Below are positions 49,755 through 58,268 of a stretch of DNA of 64,000 nucleotides, one piece after another (positions within the stretch are counted from its first letter, which is position 1; each line of letters opens with the position of its first letter). Made by a program: the position numbers and the translations under genes. The notes below the pieces were generated by a model. It had not been told where the DNA came from and did not search any database. It saw only the letters and a list, made by a program, of their open reading frames with translations. The stretch covers positions 1 to 64,000 of IMG/VR virus record IMGVR_UViG_2600254917_000001; one strand, 5' to 3'. The stretch is from a virus (taxonomy: Duplodnaviria; Caudoviricetes).

Positions 49755-50086
49755 TTCTTCCCTCCGTTGGTACTAAAGTGCGAGAGCCAGCGCTTAACAA
49801 ACTCAACGCTGCCAGGCCCAACAAGAGCCATTACCTCGTCGCCATTGCTTGAAAGTAAAATAATTAACCCGTAGATCAGCTTTTCCGGCAGCTCGCGCCA
49901 CTGGCCGATGAATGCGGTCAAGATGCCGACCATGATCGCCATCGTTATGTCTGCACCCAGCTCAAGCACGGTGGTTTTTTTACTGCCGTTTCTGACATCG
50001 CATAAGTAACCGCCCAGCCCACTCATAATTGATAGCGGGACGGCAAGCACGACCTGCGGGAGCTCGCTGATAAAATTGATACTCAC
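49751..50086 (-). CDS. lydA: Holin LydA-like
   Basis: TM helices, GLGGYLCDVRNG, SSNGDEV. Confidence 0.8.
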   Translation of the reverse strand: MSINFISELPQVVLAVPLSIMSGLGGYLCDVRNGSKKTTVLELGADITMAIMVGILTAFIGQWRELPEKLIYGLIILLSSNGDEVMALVGPGSVEFVKRWLSHFSTNGGKK

Positions 50087-50109
50087 GGTGCCTCCTTAGT
50101 TTTCGCCGG

Positions 50110-50130
50110 AGGCTAACTTAAATGCACCGC
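50110..50130 (-). promoter_or_regulatory. Putative late promoter for lydA-darA operon
   Basis: GCGGTGCA-N7-TAGCCT. Confidence 0.7.
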
Positions 50131-50164
50131 GCGGTGTATTTATGTGCAATGAGCTCGATTTAGG

Positions 50165-50245
50165 AATATGTAAAGGTTGATGCACATAAAATATGTATCT
50201 TATGCATTCAATATAAATCTAAGGTGCATTTGATAGGTGTATTTT
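50165..50245. repeat. 11-bp-phased ATGCAT-like box array
   Basis: ATGCAC 50180, ATATGT 50191, ATGCAT 50202, ATAAAT 50213, GTGCAT 50224. Confidence 0.6.
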
Positions 50246-50447
50246 GTGATTGCCACAAAATAATAAAGTGTTAGTATAGGATTATGTGTCGCCGTCCGCC
50301 GCTTGACCTTCATTAACGGCTTCGAGTAGCGTGATAAAGCACCAGCAAAATCTGGTGCCGGGATTGGCGTCCCGGAAATGGTTACAGGCGACACAGACGC
50401 GCCAGCGTCTTTTTTTTTGTGTCAGTGCTCTTGCACACCTATAGAAT

Positions 50448-50530
50448 TATGGTGGCTCGGGCAGGGCCACCGAAAGGTGGGCCGGTTTCCTGTAACGCCG
50501 GTTACGCCAACCCTGTTCGGGCCATCACCA
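50448..50530 (+). ncRNA. c4: c4 antisense RNA (copy C; loops TCCTGTAAC / ACGCCAA)
   Basis: c4 scaffold; TTGGCGT and GTTACAGG targets at 50364-50388 and 50536-50572. Confidence 0.85.
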
Positions 50531-50583
50531 TGAATTGGCGTTCGTGTTGATGGTTATCATGACCGTTACAGGAGACTGCCTTC

Positions 50584-51063
50584 ATGGCTACCACCCCTAC
50601 CCAAACTCAGCCGTCATCTGACGAACTGGCCTACTTGGCACTTAACGCGCTGCGTTTCTCGATGTACATCAGCCTGTCAGATCCGGCCTGCGCTGAAGCA
50701 TTAGCAACACGAATCCTTTTAACCAATCCATCAGAAAATCATTCCACATTAAGCGACAACCAGCTCCAGCTCGATGCCGTAAAGCGCGCGATATGGCGCG
50801 CATGGGATATGTCACCGGTTGTCACAGACTACCGCCGTGCATGGCTGCAGGACGACGATCTGGACCTGTCACCAGACGATGCGCTTCCCGTTCTCTTTGC
50901 GAAGTTCTCTCAGCTGCGTACGTTGATCAGCTGCGCAGAAAAGCTGCTGGAGCCGCTCGGCAGCAATACGTATCTCGAAGACGTGCGCCAGCTGCTCGGA
51001 ACCGCGTCGGACATTGCTGGTGGCGCGCTCGTCATGTCAGTGTTTGATGGGGAGGCAGCATGA
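50584..51063 (+). CDS. First gene of c4-controlled operon (paralog of 15179-15658)
   Basis: Near-identical 159-aa protein. Confidence 0.75.
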   Translation: MATTPTQTQPSSDELAYLALNALRFSMYISLSDPACAEALATRILLTNPSENHSTLSDNQLQLDAVKRAIWRAWDMSPVVTDYRRAWLQDDDLDLSPDDALPVLFAKFSQLRTLISCAEKLLEPLGSNTYLEDVRQLLGTASDIAGGALVMSVFDGEAA

Positions 51064-51371
51064 AATCTATCCACGTAAACTTTCATGGTACCGAGCTGTT
51101 TATCATCGAGCACAACGGCGAACCGTATACACCGATGAAACCGATCGTTGAAGGAATGGGGCTGGACTGGAAAAGTCAGTTGGTTAAGTTTAACAAGCGG
51201 TTTAACTCAACTATGGTGGAAATCACCATGGTTGCAGCAGACGATAAATCCCGCGGTATGATCTGTCTTCCGCTGCGCAAGCTTGTTGCGTGGCTAAACA
51301 GCATTAGCGCGAACAAAGTAAAGCCGGAGCTACGAAACCGCCTGCTGCAATGCCAGGAGGGTATCGCATGA
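51060..51371 (+). CDS. P22 Ant N-terminal domain antirepressor
   Basis: FHGTEL...EHNGEPYTPMKPIVEGMGLDWKSQ, CLPLRKL..WL.SI. Confidence 0.85.
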   Translation: MKSIHVNFHGTELFIIEHNGEPYTPMKPIVEGMGLDWKSQLVKFNKRFNSTMVEITMVAADDKSRGMICLPLRKLVAWLNSISANKVKPELRNRLLQCQEGIA

Positions 51372-52108
51372 TGCTGGCAACCGAAGTGCGAATGACAAGC
51401 AGGGAGATTGCCGAACTAACGGGTAAACGACACCCAGATGTGAAGCGTGATATCGACACTATGCTCGTTGAGCTCAATGAAGATGTGAGCAATTTTGCTC
51501 ACATCTACTTGGACAGCATGAACCGGCAGCAAACTGAGTTCAGTCTCGATCGCCTGCATGTTGAATGCCTTCTTATGGGCTACAGTGCAACCCTGCGCAT
51601 GAAGGTCCTTAAGCGCCTGAAAGAGCTCGAATCGCTCCAACAAGATGCGCCGGTGCCGTCGGTCCCCAGCAGCGCAGCCGACACGATCGCAGCTGGCGGA
51701 GCTCTGCTGGAAGTGAGCAGAAAATTACTCCACATATCGGATAGCAGCGTGCTCGCGGGGCTACGCAAACTGCAAAGCGCAGCTGGGCTGCCGGACCTGC
51801 TCCCGGGTTACGCCATCGATGCACCACCGTCCGCCACGGGCGGCAGCAGTGAGCCAACGGCGAGCCTTCGCCAGCTGCTGGTGGAGAACGGGGTGAAGAT
51901 GTCCGCGCAAAAAGCGTATGCCCGCCTGGCGGAGCTGGGGATTGTCGAGCAGAAGACGCGGACCAGCACCCGCGGCGAAAAGCATTACTGGTGCCTGACG
52001 GCCAAGGGCATGGAGTACGGCAAGAACCTGACCGCGCCGGGGAACCCCCGCGCTACCCAGCCGCACTTCTTCACTTCGCGTTTCACTAGACTGGTTGAGC
52101 AGCTGTAA
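51368..52108 (+). CDS. Rha-family regulator with antirepressor-type C-domain
   Basis: MTSREIAELTGKRH.DV.RDI; C-domain shared with 14412-15182. Confidence 0.85.
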   Translation: MMLATEVRMTSREIAELTGKRHPDVKRDIDTMLVELNEDVSNFAHIYLDSMNRQQTEFSLDRLHVECLLMGYSATLRMKVLKRLKELESLQQDAPVPSVPSSAADTIAAGGALLEVSRKLLHISDSSVLAGLRKLQSAAGLPDLLPGYAIDAPPSATGGSSEPTASLRQLLVENGVKMSAQKAYARLAELGIVEQKTRTSTRGEKHYWCLTAKGMEYGKNLTAPGNPRATQPHFFTSRFTRLVEQL

Positions 52109-52232
52109 TCAGTGAATGGTGCCGGGCTTAGGAGTAACGAAGCCCGGCCTTCGTAAATTAAACTGGTAGGTTGAAAGGCAAGGGCAAGTTGGCCAATATG
52201 GGCTGTTGATAATTCATAAGGAGAATGCCGTA

Positions 52233-52946
52233 ATGGATTGGCCCAAAAAGTATAACGGAATTGGTGATACTGTTCGCCGTGCCGCATTAAATGAATTTGA
52301 TGTCGAAGCCATACTGAAAACAACTTTACTCCCTGGACAGCAAAAGACCGCTTATCACGGAGGCCTGATAACTACTGATTATTATGTATTTCAATTTCAA
52401 TCCATCACTCATCCAAATCAGTCAGGATCATTTTGTTGTGGCGAACATGCTGCTCAAGGGTGGTTCAACTTAACATTCCAAAACACGGAATTGATCCCCT
52501 CTTACAACCCCATTACTGGAGCCAGCAGGGGCGGCGGGGCTGGTGGTGGAAATGGCGGGAACGGGAACGTCCAAAACCCTGTAAACAGGGATATGCGTAA
52601 CCTGATAAAGTGTCTTATGACTTACATTTCCTTCACAGACAACACGCTCAACAGTTCTGGTGGTGAGTCAAGCGCAGTAAGAGTGTTGAATGGTCTCCTA
52701 CAGAACATAAATAATCCTCCAACTGTTTCTCAAATCCGAAGCGTGAACACCATTCTTGCAAAAACTTTTCAAAATGCTAAATATGTAGCGCTTAATATTA
52801 AAACCTATTCTGACTTGGTTGCGCATAAAGAACAACAACACGGCGTCACTATTAAGAAAATAAATGTAGCTCCTTTCAATTTGCACATTCAGAATAACAG
52901 GAATAATAGTCCAACATACACCTACCCACATCCGGCATCATTCTAA
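52233..52946 (+). CDS. Low-GC hypothetical cargo protein
   Basis: AAGGAG RBS, Asn/Gly-rich linker, CCGEH motif. Confidence 0.65.
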   Translation: MDWPKKYNGIGDTVRRAALNEFDVEAILKTTLLPGQQKTAYHGGLITTDYYVFQFQSITHPNQSGSFCCGEHAAQGWFNLTFQNTELIPSYNPITGASRGGGAGGGNGGNGNVQNPVNRDMRNLIKCLMTYISFTDNTLNSSGGESSAVRVLNGLLQNINNPPTVSQIRSVNTILAKTFQNAKYVALNIKTYSDLVAHKEQQHGVTIKKINVAPFNLHIQNNRNNSPTYTYPHPASF

Positions 52947-52984
52947 ACATTGTGTGCAGGTGGTGGTTCAAGCGACCCACCACC

Positions 52985-53070
52985 TATGCATACCCGCATT
53001 ATCCTCATATTTTATGCATCTCAAGTGCTTACATGATATGCATTATAAATGCATATTGAATGCATTAGTG
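52985..53070. repeat. 11-bp-phased ATGCAT box array
   Basis: ATGCAT 53014, GTGCTT 53025; ATGCAT 53038, 53049, 53060. Confidence 0.7.
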
Positions 53071-53249
53071 CTTGTTTTCATTTCTTTAAATAATAAACCA
53101 ATCCTCATTCATTCTTGTATTCAATTAGTCAATGGGCCAGGTGCCTTCATTTATTGACTTTAATCATCTTTTATTCTGAAACCCCCGCTTCCCCACACAA
53201 AAAAGCTTTGTTTTTTTTGCCCTGTTTGCATAATGACCTCACCGAAGAT

Positions 53250-53266
53250 AATGTTTAGTGAGATAT
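53250..53266. promoter_or_regulatory. Putative C1-like operator heading the early operon
   Basis: AATGTTTAGTGAGATAT is the reverse complement of the 36688 copy. Confidence 0.7.
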
Positions 53267-53280
53267 TATAAGAGGGTGAA

Positions 53281-53463
53281 ATGTCAGCCAAAAACAATCT
53301 CTTGGCTTCGCGTGATTTTGTGAAGCAAAAACAACATGTAAACGTACGTGTTAAGAAGTCAACCATTCTTGGTGTTCTTTCGCGTCTGGTTTTACTTGCT
53401 CCTGCAATCTTTCTTTGTGTCTTTTTTATGATGGCTGTTTACGAGCATGCCATTGGTCTTTGA
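53281..53463 (+). CDS. Small membrane protein
   Basis: GAGG RBS; C-terminal TM helix. Confidence 0.6.
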   Translation: MSAKNNLLASRDFVKQKQHVNVRVKKSTILGVLSRLVLLAPAIFLCVFFMMAVYEHAIGL

Positions 53464-53525
53464 TTCAAACGGCGCAATGAGGTAGCGCTAATCCGTTCTT
53501 TAAAAATCAGGAAAAAGAGGTCGCT

Positions 53526-53666
53526 ATGTCAAGTGAGTATAATTTAACTACCGCGTTTCAGGGCGTTCAACCGCATGCACTTATCTGGTTTATTGCATAT
53601 TACGCAGGGAAACAGAGTGGGAAACGGTCGAAAAGAAAGAAGCGCGGTCATTCACGGAAAGCATAA
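53526..53666 (+). CDS. Small basic protein (46 aa)
   Basis: GAGG RBS; K/R-rich tail. Confidence 0.45.
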   Translation: MSSEYNLTTAFQGVQPHALIWFIAYYAGKQSGKRSKRKKRGHSRKA

Positions 53667-53675
53667 TACTCGAAA

Positions 53676-53918
53676 ATGCGTTTATTAAATAAATGTGTGA
53701 AAGGGACAGTGCAGCATGAAGCTGCGGCCCTTGCCTTAAGTGAGCATTTCAAAAAATACGGCAACTACGGTATTTCCGAGCGTACTTACACATACAGGGT
53801 TCGAATTAAAGGCGAGATCGTTTCTATTCGAATAGTTAACTCAACCCGTTCATATGTTGCTCACCCCAGTAATGGTGCACGCAGGCTTGTAAGACTGTGG
53901 GAGGAAAATCGCGCCTGA
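53676..53918 (+). CDS. DUF4060-like phage protein
   Basis: MRLLN, H...YG.YG, TY.V, SYVA...GARRL. Confidence 0.7.
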   Translation: MRLLNKCVKGTVQHEAAALALSEHFKKYGNYGISERTYTYRVRIKGEIVSIRIVNSTRSYVAHPSNGARRLVRLWEENRA

Positions 53919-54174
53919 GCATTGGCGCGTCGCAGCTAACAGACAGGGCGCTTTGGTACCCCTCCGTGTTTCTCCATGCACGCCTGAGCGTCCTGCCTGT
54001 TATCTGCGTTGCAGTTAACAAGCACTTGAAACCACTTAATCTACAGGGAAGCGGGTCAGTGGCCCGATATCTGCAAAGGCTTAAACACTGGAGCAGTACA
54101 GAACTGGAACTGTATTACCGACTCAGCGCCAGCCGGGGCGTTACCCGGCATTTTTCTTCAAAAGGAATAGCCAA

Positions 54175-54261
54175 ATGGAACTTCTTAAAGCTGCCGGTCA
54201 GGCTGCGACATGCATTTTCATTGTCATGATCGCTATGTTTTTCACAATTCAGTTTCATTAA
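54175..54261 (+). CDS. 28-aa hydrophobic peptide
   Basis: AAGGA RBS; MELLKAAGQAATCIFIVMIAMFFTIQFH. Confidence 0.45.
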   Translation: MELLKAAGQAATCIFIVMIAMFFTIQFH

Positions 54262-54355
54262 CTGCGAGCCTGGTTGACCACGATGTATTAGCCGATCCTG
54301 CTGGCGTTTTGAAGGTCGAACAGGGACTTAATTCCCATACAGGAATAGTTAGAAA

Positions 54356-54964
54356 ATGGCCCAAAAGGTAAAAAAGCCGCTAAAGGCGTTTCGGATTGAT
54401 GGTTATGAATACTGCATCATTCGATTCCATTCACATGCTCTCGCCGCAAGGCGGGAAGGGGCTGAAGAGTTGGAGGATGATTTCGATTCAGTGACGTGCA
54501 AACGTGCCCCAGAGTTTGATTCATACGCGCCTCTGGGGAGAGTGCCTCGCAAAGCCCTGGTGGAGGTTCATGGCTGGTGGCAGGAATGCACATATTGTTC
54601 AAGCCATGTTTCAGAGGATAACGCGGACCGTGTTTGGTCAGCTGACGATGAGCAAGTCTATTGCTCCCCTCTGTGTATGCACAGTGATGCCATTCGTGAA
54701 GAAGCTGATCGTTCTGAAAAACTTAAAAGGGAGGCGGAGGAGGCCGAGGCCATTGAACTGACCAAAGCAAAGTTTAAAGGGATTGAAAACGTTGTTGCGT
54801 ACAGCCGGTGCCATCCTCTCCGTGTCTCCTTTTCCTTCCCGGGCGGGATAGGCCGGGTCACATGGGAGCCTGGCGCACCTTCGGTTAGCATAGTGCCGTC
54901 TGATAGTGCCGCCTGGCGCATGTTTATGCAAACGCAGCATCAGGAAGGTAAAAAGGAGGCGTAA
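54356..54964 (+). CDS. Hypothetical phage protein with Cys cluster
   Basis: GWWQECTYC, YCS..C. Confidence 0.7.
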   Translation: MAQKVKKPLKAFRIDGYEYCIIRFHSHALAARREGAEELEDDFDSVTCKRAPEFDSYAPLGRVPRKALVEVHGWWQECTYCSSHVSEDNADRVWSADDEQVYCSPLCMHSDAIREEADRSEKLKREAEEAEAIELTKAKFKGIENVVAYSRCHPLRVSFSFPGGIGRVTWEPGAPSVSIVPSDSAAWRMFMQTQHQEGKKEA

Positions 54965-54966
54965 GT

Positions 54967-55188
54967 ATGGCCATTCGAAGTCAACCGCCTGATGGTATTA
55001 AGCAGAAGGCGAAGCGTCTTCTTCAGCTATACAGGGAGCGACTTAAGATCCCAAGAAAGTCGAAAAAGATGGCTTACCTTTCATTCGAAGTTGGCCCCAG
55101 ATGGCGTTTGTTGTCGAAAGATAACGGCCAACACTGGTCGTTGCTCAGTCACTCTGAATACAACATGGCCATTAACGGAAAACGATGA
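54967..55188 (+). CDS. Small ParE-like-fold phage protein
   Basis: V.PRWRLLSKD.G..W.LLSH..YN family motif. Confidence 0.6.
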   Translation: MAIRSQPPDGIKQKAKRLLQLYRERLKIPRKSKKMAYLSFEVGPRWRLLSKDNGQHWSLLSHSEYNMAINGKR

Positions 55189-55421
55189 CTTATTCAGTCA
55201 AATCCCGCTGCCGTTCTTCCCTCTCCCGATTGCAAAACTCCCATGGACATGATTACCGCTGGCACGTCGATTGTCAGTGTCATGTTTGCTGTGTTTGCGG
55301 TACTGCAGAGCACCGTAATGGGACGTTTTTGTATGTCGGGAAGTATTCAAAAACTGAACCGCCATGCGAAGGAAACCATCTTGGAAGGCTGAACTGGTTA
55401 GCGCAGGCCAAAGATGGTTAG
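55185..55421 (+). CDS. Small Zn-finger-like protein
   Basis: H.CCVCG, EPPC; ATGA coupling. Confidence 0.6.
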   Translation: MTYSVKSRCRSSLSRLQNSHGHDYRWHVDCQCHVCCVCGTAEHRNGTFLYVGKYSKTEPPCEGNHLGRLNWLAQAKDG

Positions 55422-55436
55422 CAGATAAGGACAGCT

Positions 55437-55751
55437 ATGCACACTATTCATCCTGGAAAGTTATACATTGCCAATTCCCATTACAGCGAGTTCCCGGACG
55501 TGCTTGTCACTCTGGAGCTTTGCCGCGCCTGCGCGCGCCTTGAAGGTCGAAAGATCGCTGCATCTTTGCAGGCCTGTGCCTTGGCATTAATGGCACGCGT
55601 CGAGAATGAGGCGCTTCGGAACACCCTTGAAACCATGAGCACTAGCCGCTTCCCCGAATCGCAGATCACGCGAATACGTGGATGCATTTCCCGTATGGAA
55701 TCGGTGGCTGGGCGCAAACTCAACGAGATAAAGAGGATGAACGTACGGTGA
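55437..55751 (+). CDS. Hypothetical phage protein
   Basis: AAGGA RBS; operon position. Confidence 0.6.
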   Translation: MHTIHPGKLYIANSHYSEFPDVLVTLELCRACARLEGRKIAASLQACALALMARVENEALRNTLETMSTSRFPESQITRIRGCISRMESVAGRKLNEIKRMNVR

Positions 55752-56455
55752 AAGAAAAACCGATATTTTTTTCTGAAGAAATGGTCCAGGCCGTTCTGGC
55801 CGGTAGGAAAACCCAGACGCGCAGACCGGTAAAGTTCAAGTTCCGGGATGGCCGTCGCGATGCAAGTACGCTTCAAGTAGGTAACTACCGCACTGGCCAT
55901 CCTCGTTCCGGTTTTGTCCTGCGTAGTGGTAATGGTGGATGCTGGCAGGATGTTACTCACCCGCTTCAGTGCCCGTATGGAAATAAAGGCGATCGTCTGT
56001 GGGTGCGCGAGACCTGGAGCGATGTGAATTATGACGGCTCTGAAGCCATTGCCTACCGTGCTGACAGTGGAGTGAACCTGCTTTCGGATGACATAACCTT
56101 CCTGGATGACGTTGGTGTTTTCAACCCCCACGACGAGCGGCTGGCAAAGCTGCATTTCGGTAACTGGTACCAGGATCTTATTGCAGGCACCGAAGGCAGG
56201 TGGCGACCGTCTATCCACATGCCGCGTTGGGCCTCCCGCATCCAGCTGGAAATAACAAACGTTCGAATCGAGCGGCTCAAGCATGTCCCGCGTGAGGGAG
56301 TGATTGCTGAGGGCTATCCCGTTGAGCGCCTGGAGTGGGCGAACGAATACGATCCCTTCATCTGGTTCAAGGAGCTATGGGGGGCGATTTACGGGGATAA
56401 GCACTGGGACACGAACCCTTGGGTGTGGGTTGTCGAGTTCCGGAGGTGCGAATGA
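55748..56455 (+). CDS. ASCH/PUA-like phage protein
   Basis: AVL.GRKTQTRR, CPYG..GDRLWVRET, WRPSIHMPRWASRI, NPWVWV. Confidence 0.85.
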   Translation: MKEKPIFFSEEMVQAVLAGRKTQTRRPVKFKFRDGRRDASTLQVGNYRTGHPRSGFVLRSGNGGCWQDVTHPLQCPYGNKGDRLWVRETWSDVNYDGSEAIAYRADSGVNLLSDDITFLDDVGVFNPHDERLAKLHFGNWYQDLIAGTEGRWRPSIHMPRWASRIQLEITNVRIERLKHVPREGVIAEGYPVERLEWANEYDPFIWFKELWGAIYGDKHWDTNPWVWVVEFRRCE

Positions 56456-56670
56456 TACCGCTGCCTACATGCCCGAAGTGTGGCCTTCAGGCCCAGATCC
56501 GGTTGCGTGAGCGCGGTATGAACATGGGTAGCAGTGAGCTTCGTTGCCCGGAGGGCCACTTCAGAGTGGGGACGAGTTTCCACTCAGGCATGAAAAACTG
56601 GGCTCGTAACTGGCTACTGGAAGAGTGGGAAAAAAAAGTGAAGGAAGCTGCGGAGGCTAACAATGCATGA
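56452..56670 (+). CDS. Zn-ribbon protein
   Basis: CPKCG...CPEGH. Confidence 0.6.
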   Translation: MIPLPTCPKCGLQAQIRLRERGMNMGSSELRCPEGHFRVGTSFHSGMKNWARNWLLEEWEKKVKEAAEANNA

Positions 56671-58132
56671 TGACAATGTATTAAAGGGATTTTTAAGGGA
56701 CGTCAGCTCCCACACCATGACGATTATCAGAGATGACGGTTTTTACCGTCATCTTTCGTTTGGGCGCCCGGGAAGCAGCATTTACCGCTTCGACCTGGTC
56801 AGCTGGCCTGGTTATCTCTGCATGACCGGCGACATGGGAACGTGGACGTTCAGCCGTATCACCGACATGTTTGACTTCTTCGGCGGCGCATTTGAGCGAG
56901 GTATCAACCCGCGCTACTGGTCGGAAAAGCTGGAGGCCGGTTCCGGTTGTCCACGCGATGAGATCGCAAAAGAGTGGGATGAACAGGCCTACTGCCAGCG
57001 TCTCGATTACATCCTGAAGGAGTGGTGTGAAGAGCATGCCCCTGGCAAAGGCGCGCCAAAGGACCGGATAAAAGAGTTCCACTATAAACGGAAGCATACG
57101 GAGGACATCATCCGCCAGATGAAAGAGGTCAGCTATTCAGAGATGGATGCCTATGCCGCGTATGCGAGCGTGGACGATCCTGACGGTGTGCTGACCGACT
57201 TCTGGGAATCCACCTTCAAAGTCTGGTCAATACACTTCCTTTGGGCCTGCTATGCGATCCAGTGGGGTATCAGCCGGTACAAGAACAATAAAATAGCGTT
57301 ATCCGCGATGGATAAGTTCCTCGCGATCGGGAGCGCTGCCGGTGCCGAATACGGCGAGGCTTATCCCGTTCTCGTGCAGCAGGCCATATCTCGTTTACTG
57401 CGCGGCGAACTGAAAACCTATCGCAACGGTCTCACCATCGGCTTTGCAAGGGATCACAGTGGTGTATGTGAGGTATGGGGCCGCGATGCCCGCGACTATG
57501 AAGGGAAGGTAATCGCGCGTCGTCTCGTGGCGTGCTGGAATGCTTGCAAGGGGTTGCCGACCGGCGAACTGGAAAGCGTGGGCTTAACCGGGGCTCTGGG
57601 TAATGAGCTGCTTAAACTGGACCGACTGGAGACATTGCGCCAGGATCTTATCGAACTGCGCGAATGCTTCAAGGAAGCTGGTCTCCCGATAAACCGTAAC
57701 CAACCTCATAGCGTTGACAGCGTGGATAAGGCGAGTCCCCAGTTGCAGCCGGGCCAATATGCCATTTACTACCTGGACAATTCCATTGGCGAACATGACC
57801 GGTACCACCGATTAGCCACCCTTGATATCGACGGCAAATGGGAGGATGAGGACGGCCGGGAGTTGCTGCAGTATGAAGGCGATCAAATATTGAGCGTCTG
57901 GCCGCTGTTCGAGTCCGCCGACCTGATGAATATGGCTCAGCTGGTGGATGAAGCTTCCTCAATGCGAGAAAGCTTTATCAGCTATCTGATATCAGAAAAC
58001 TTAAAGAACAAGCCTGACGTTGACCAGGATGTCCTCTATACCCATTGCGCGAAGTGGGTTGACGCGATGTGCCATACGCCTTTGCTGCTACGCATTATCG
58101 AAACTGCTAAATCGGTAGAAGAGAAACCCTGA
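56663..58132 (+). CDS. Multidomain phage accessory protein
   Basis: DDG.YRHL.F, WPG.L...GDMG...F, IN..YWSEKL, ARRLVACWNAC. Confidence 0.75.
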   Translation: MHDDNVLKGFLRDVSSHTMTIIRDDGFYRHLSFGRPGSSIYRFDLVSWPGYLCMTGDMGTWTFSRITDMFDFFGGAFERGINPRYWSEKLEAGSGCPRDEIAKEWDEQAYCQRLDYILKEWCEEHAPGKGAPKDRIKEFHYKRKHTEDIIRQMKEVSYSEMDAYAAYASVDDPDGVLTDFWESTFKVWSIHFLWACYAIQWGISRYKNNKIALSAMDKFLAIGSAAGAEYGEAYPVLVQQAISRLLRGELKTYRNGLTIGFARDHSGVCEVWGRDARDYEGKVIARRLVACWNACKGLPTGELESVGLTGALGNELLKLDRLETLRQDLIELRECFKEAGLPINRNQPHSVDSVDKASPQLQPGQYAIYYLDNSIGEHDRYHRLATLDIDGKWEDEDGRELLQYEGDQILSVWPLFESADLMNMAQLVDEASSMRESFISYLISENLKNKPDVDQDVLYTHCAKWVDAMCHTPLLLRIIETAKSVEEKP

Positions 58133-58268
58133 GCGCAGACAGGCAGCGTTTGAGATAAGCCCCGGCATGAGTCTTCAACCCAGGCTTTCCTTTTCAGCCC
58201 CGATCATCATTTCTTTATCGATTCCTCTTTTCAATTTCAGCCAGGCGCGATGCGCCAGGAGCATCCTT

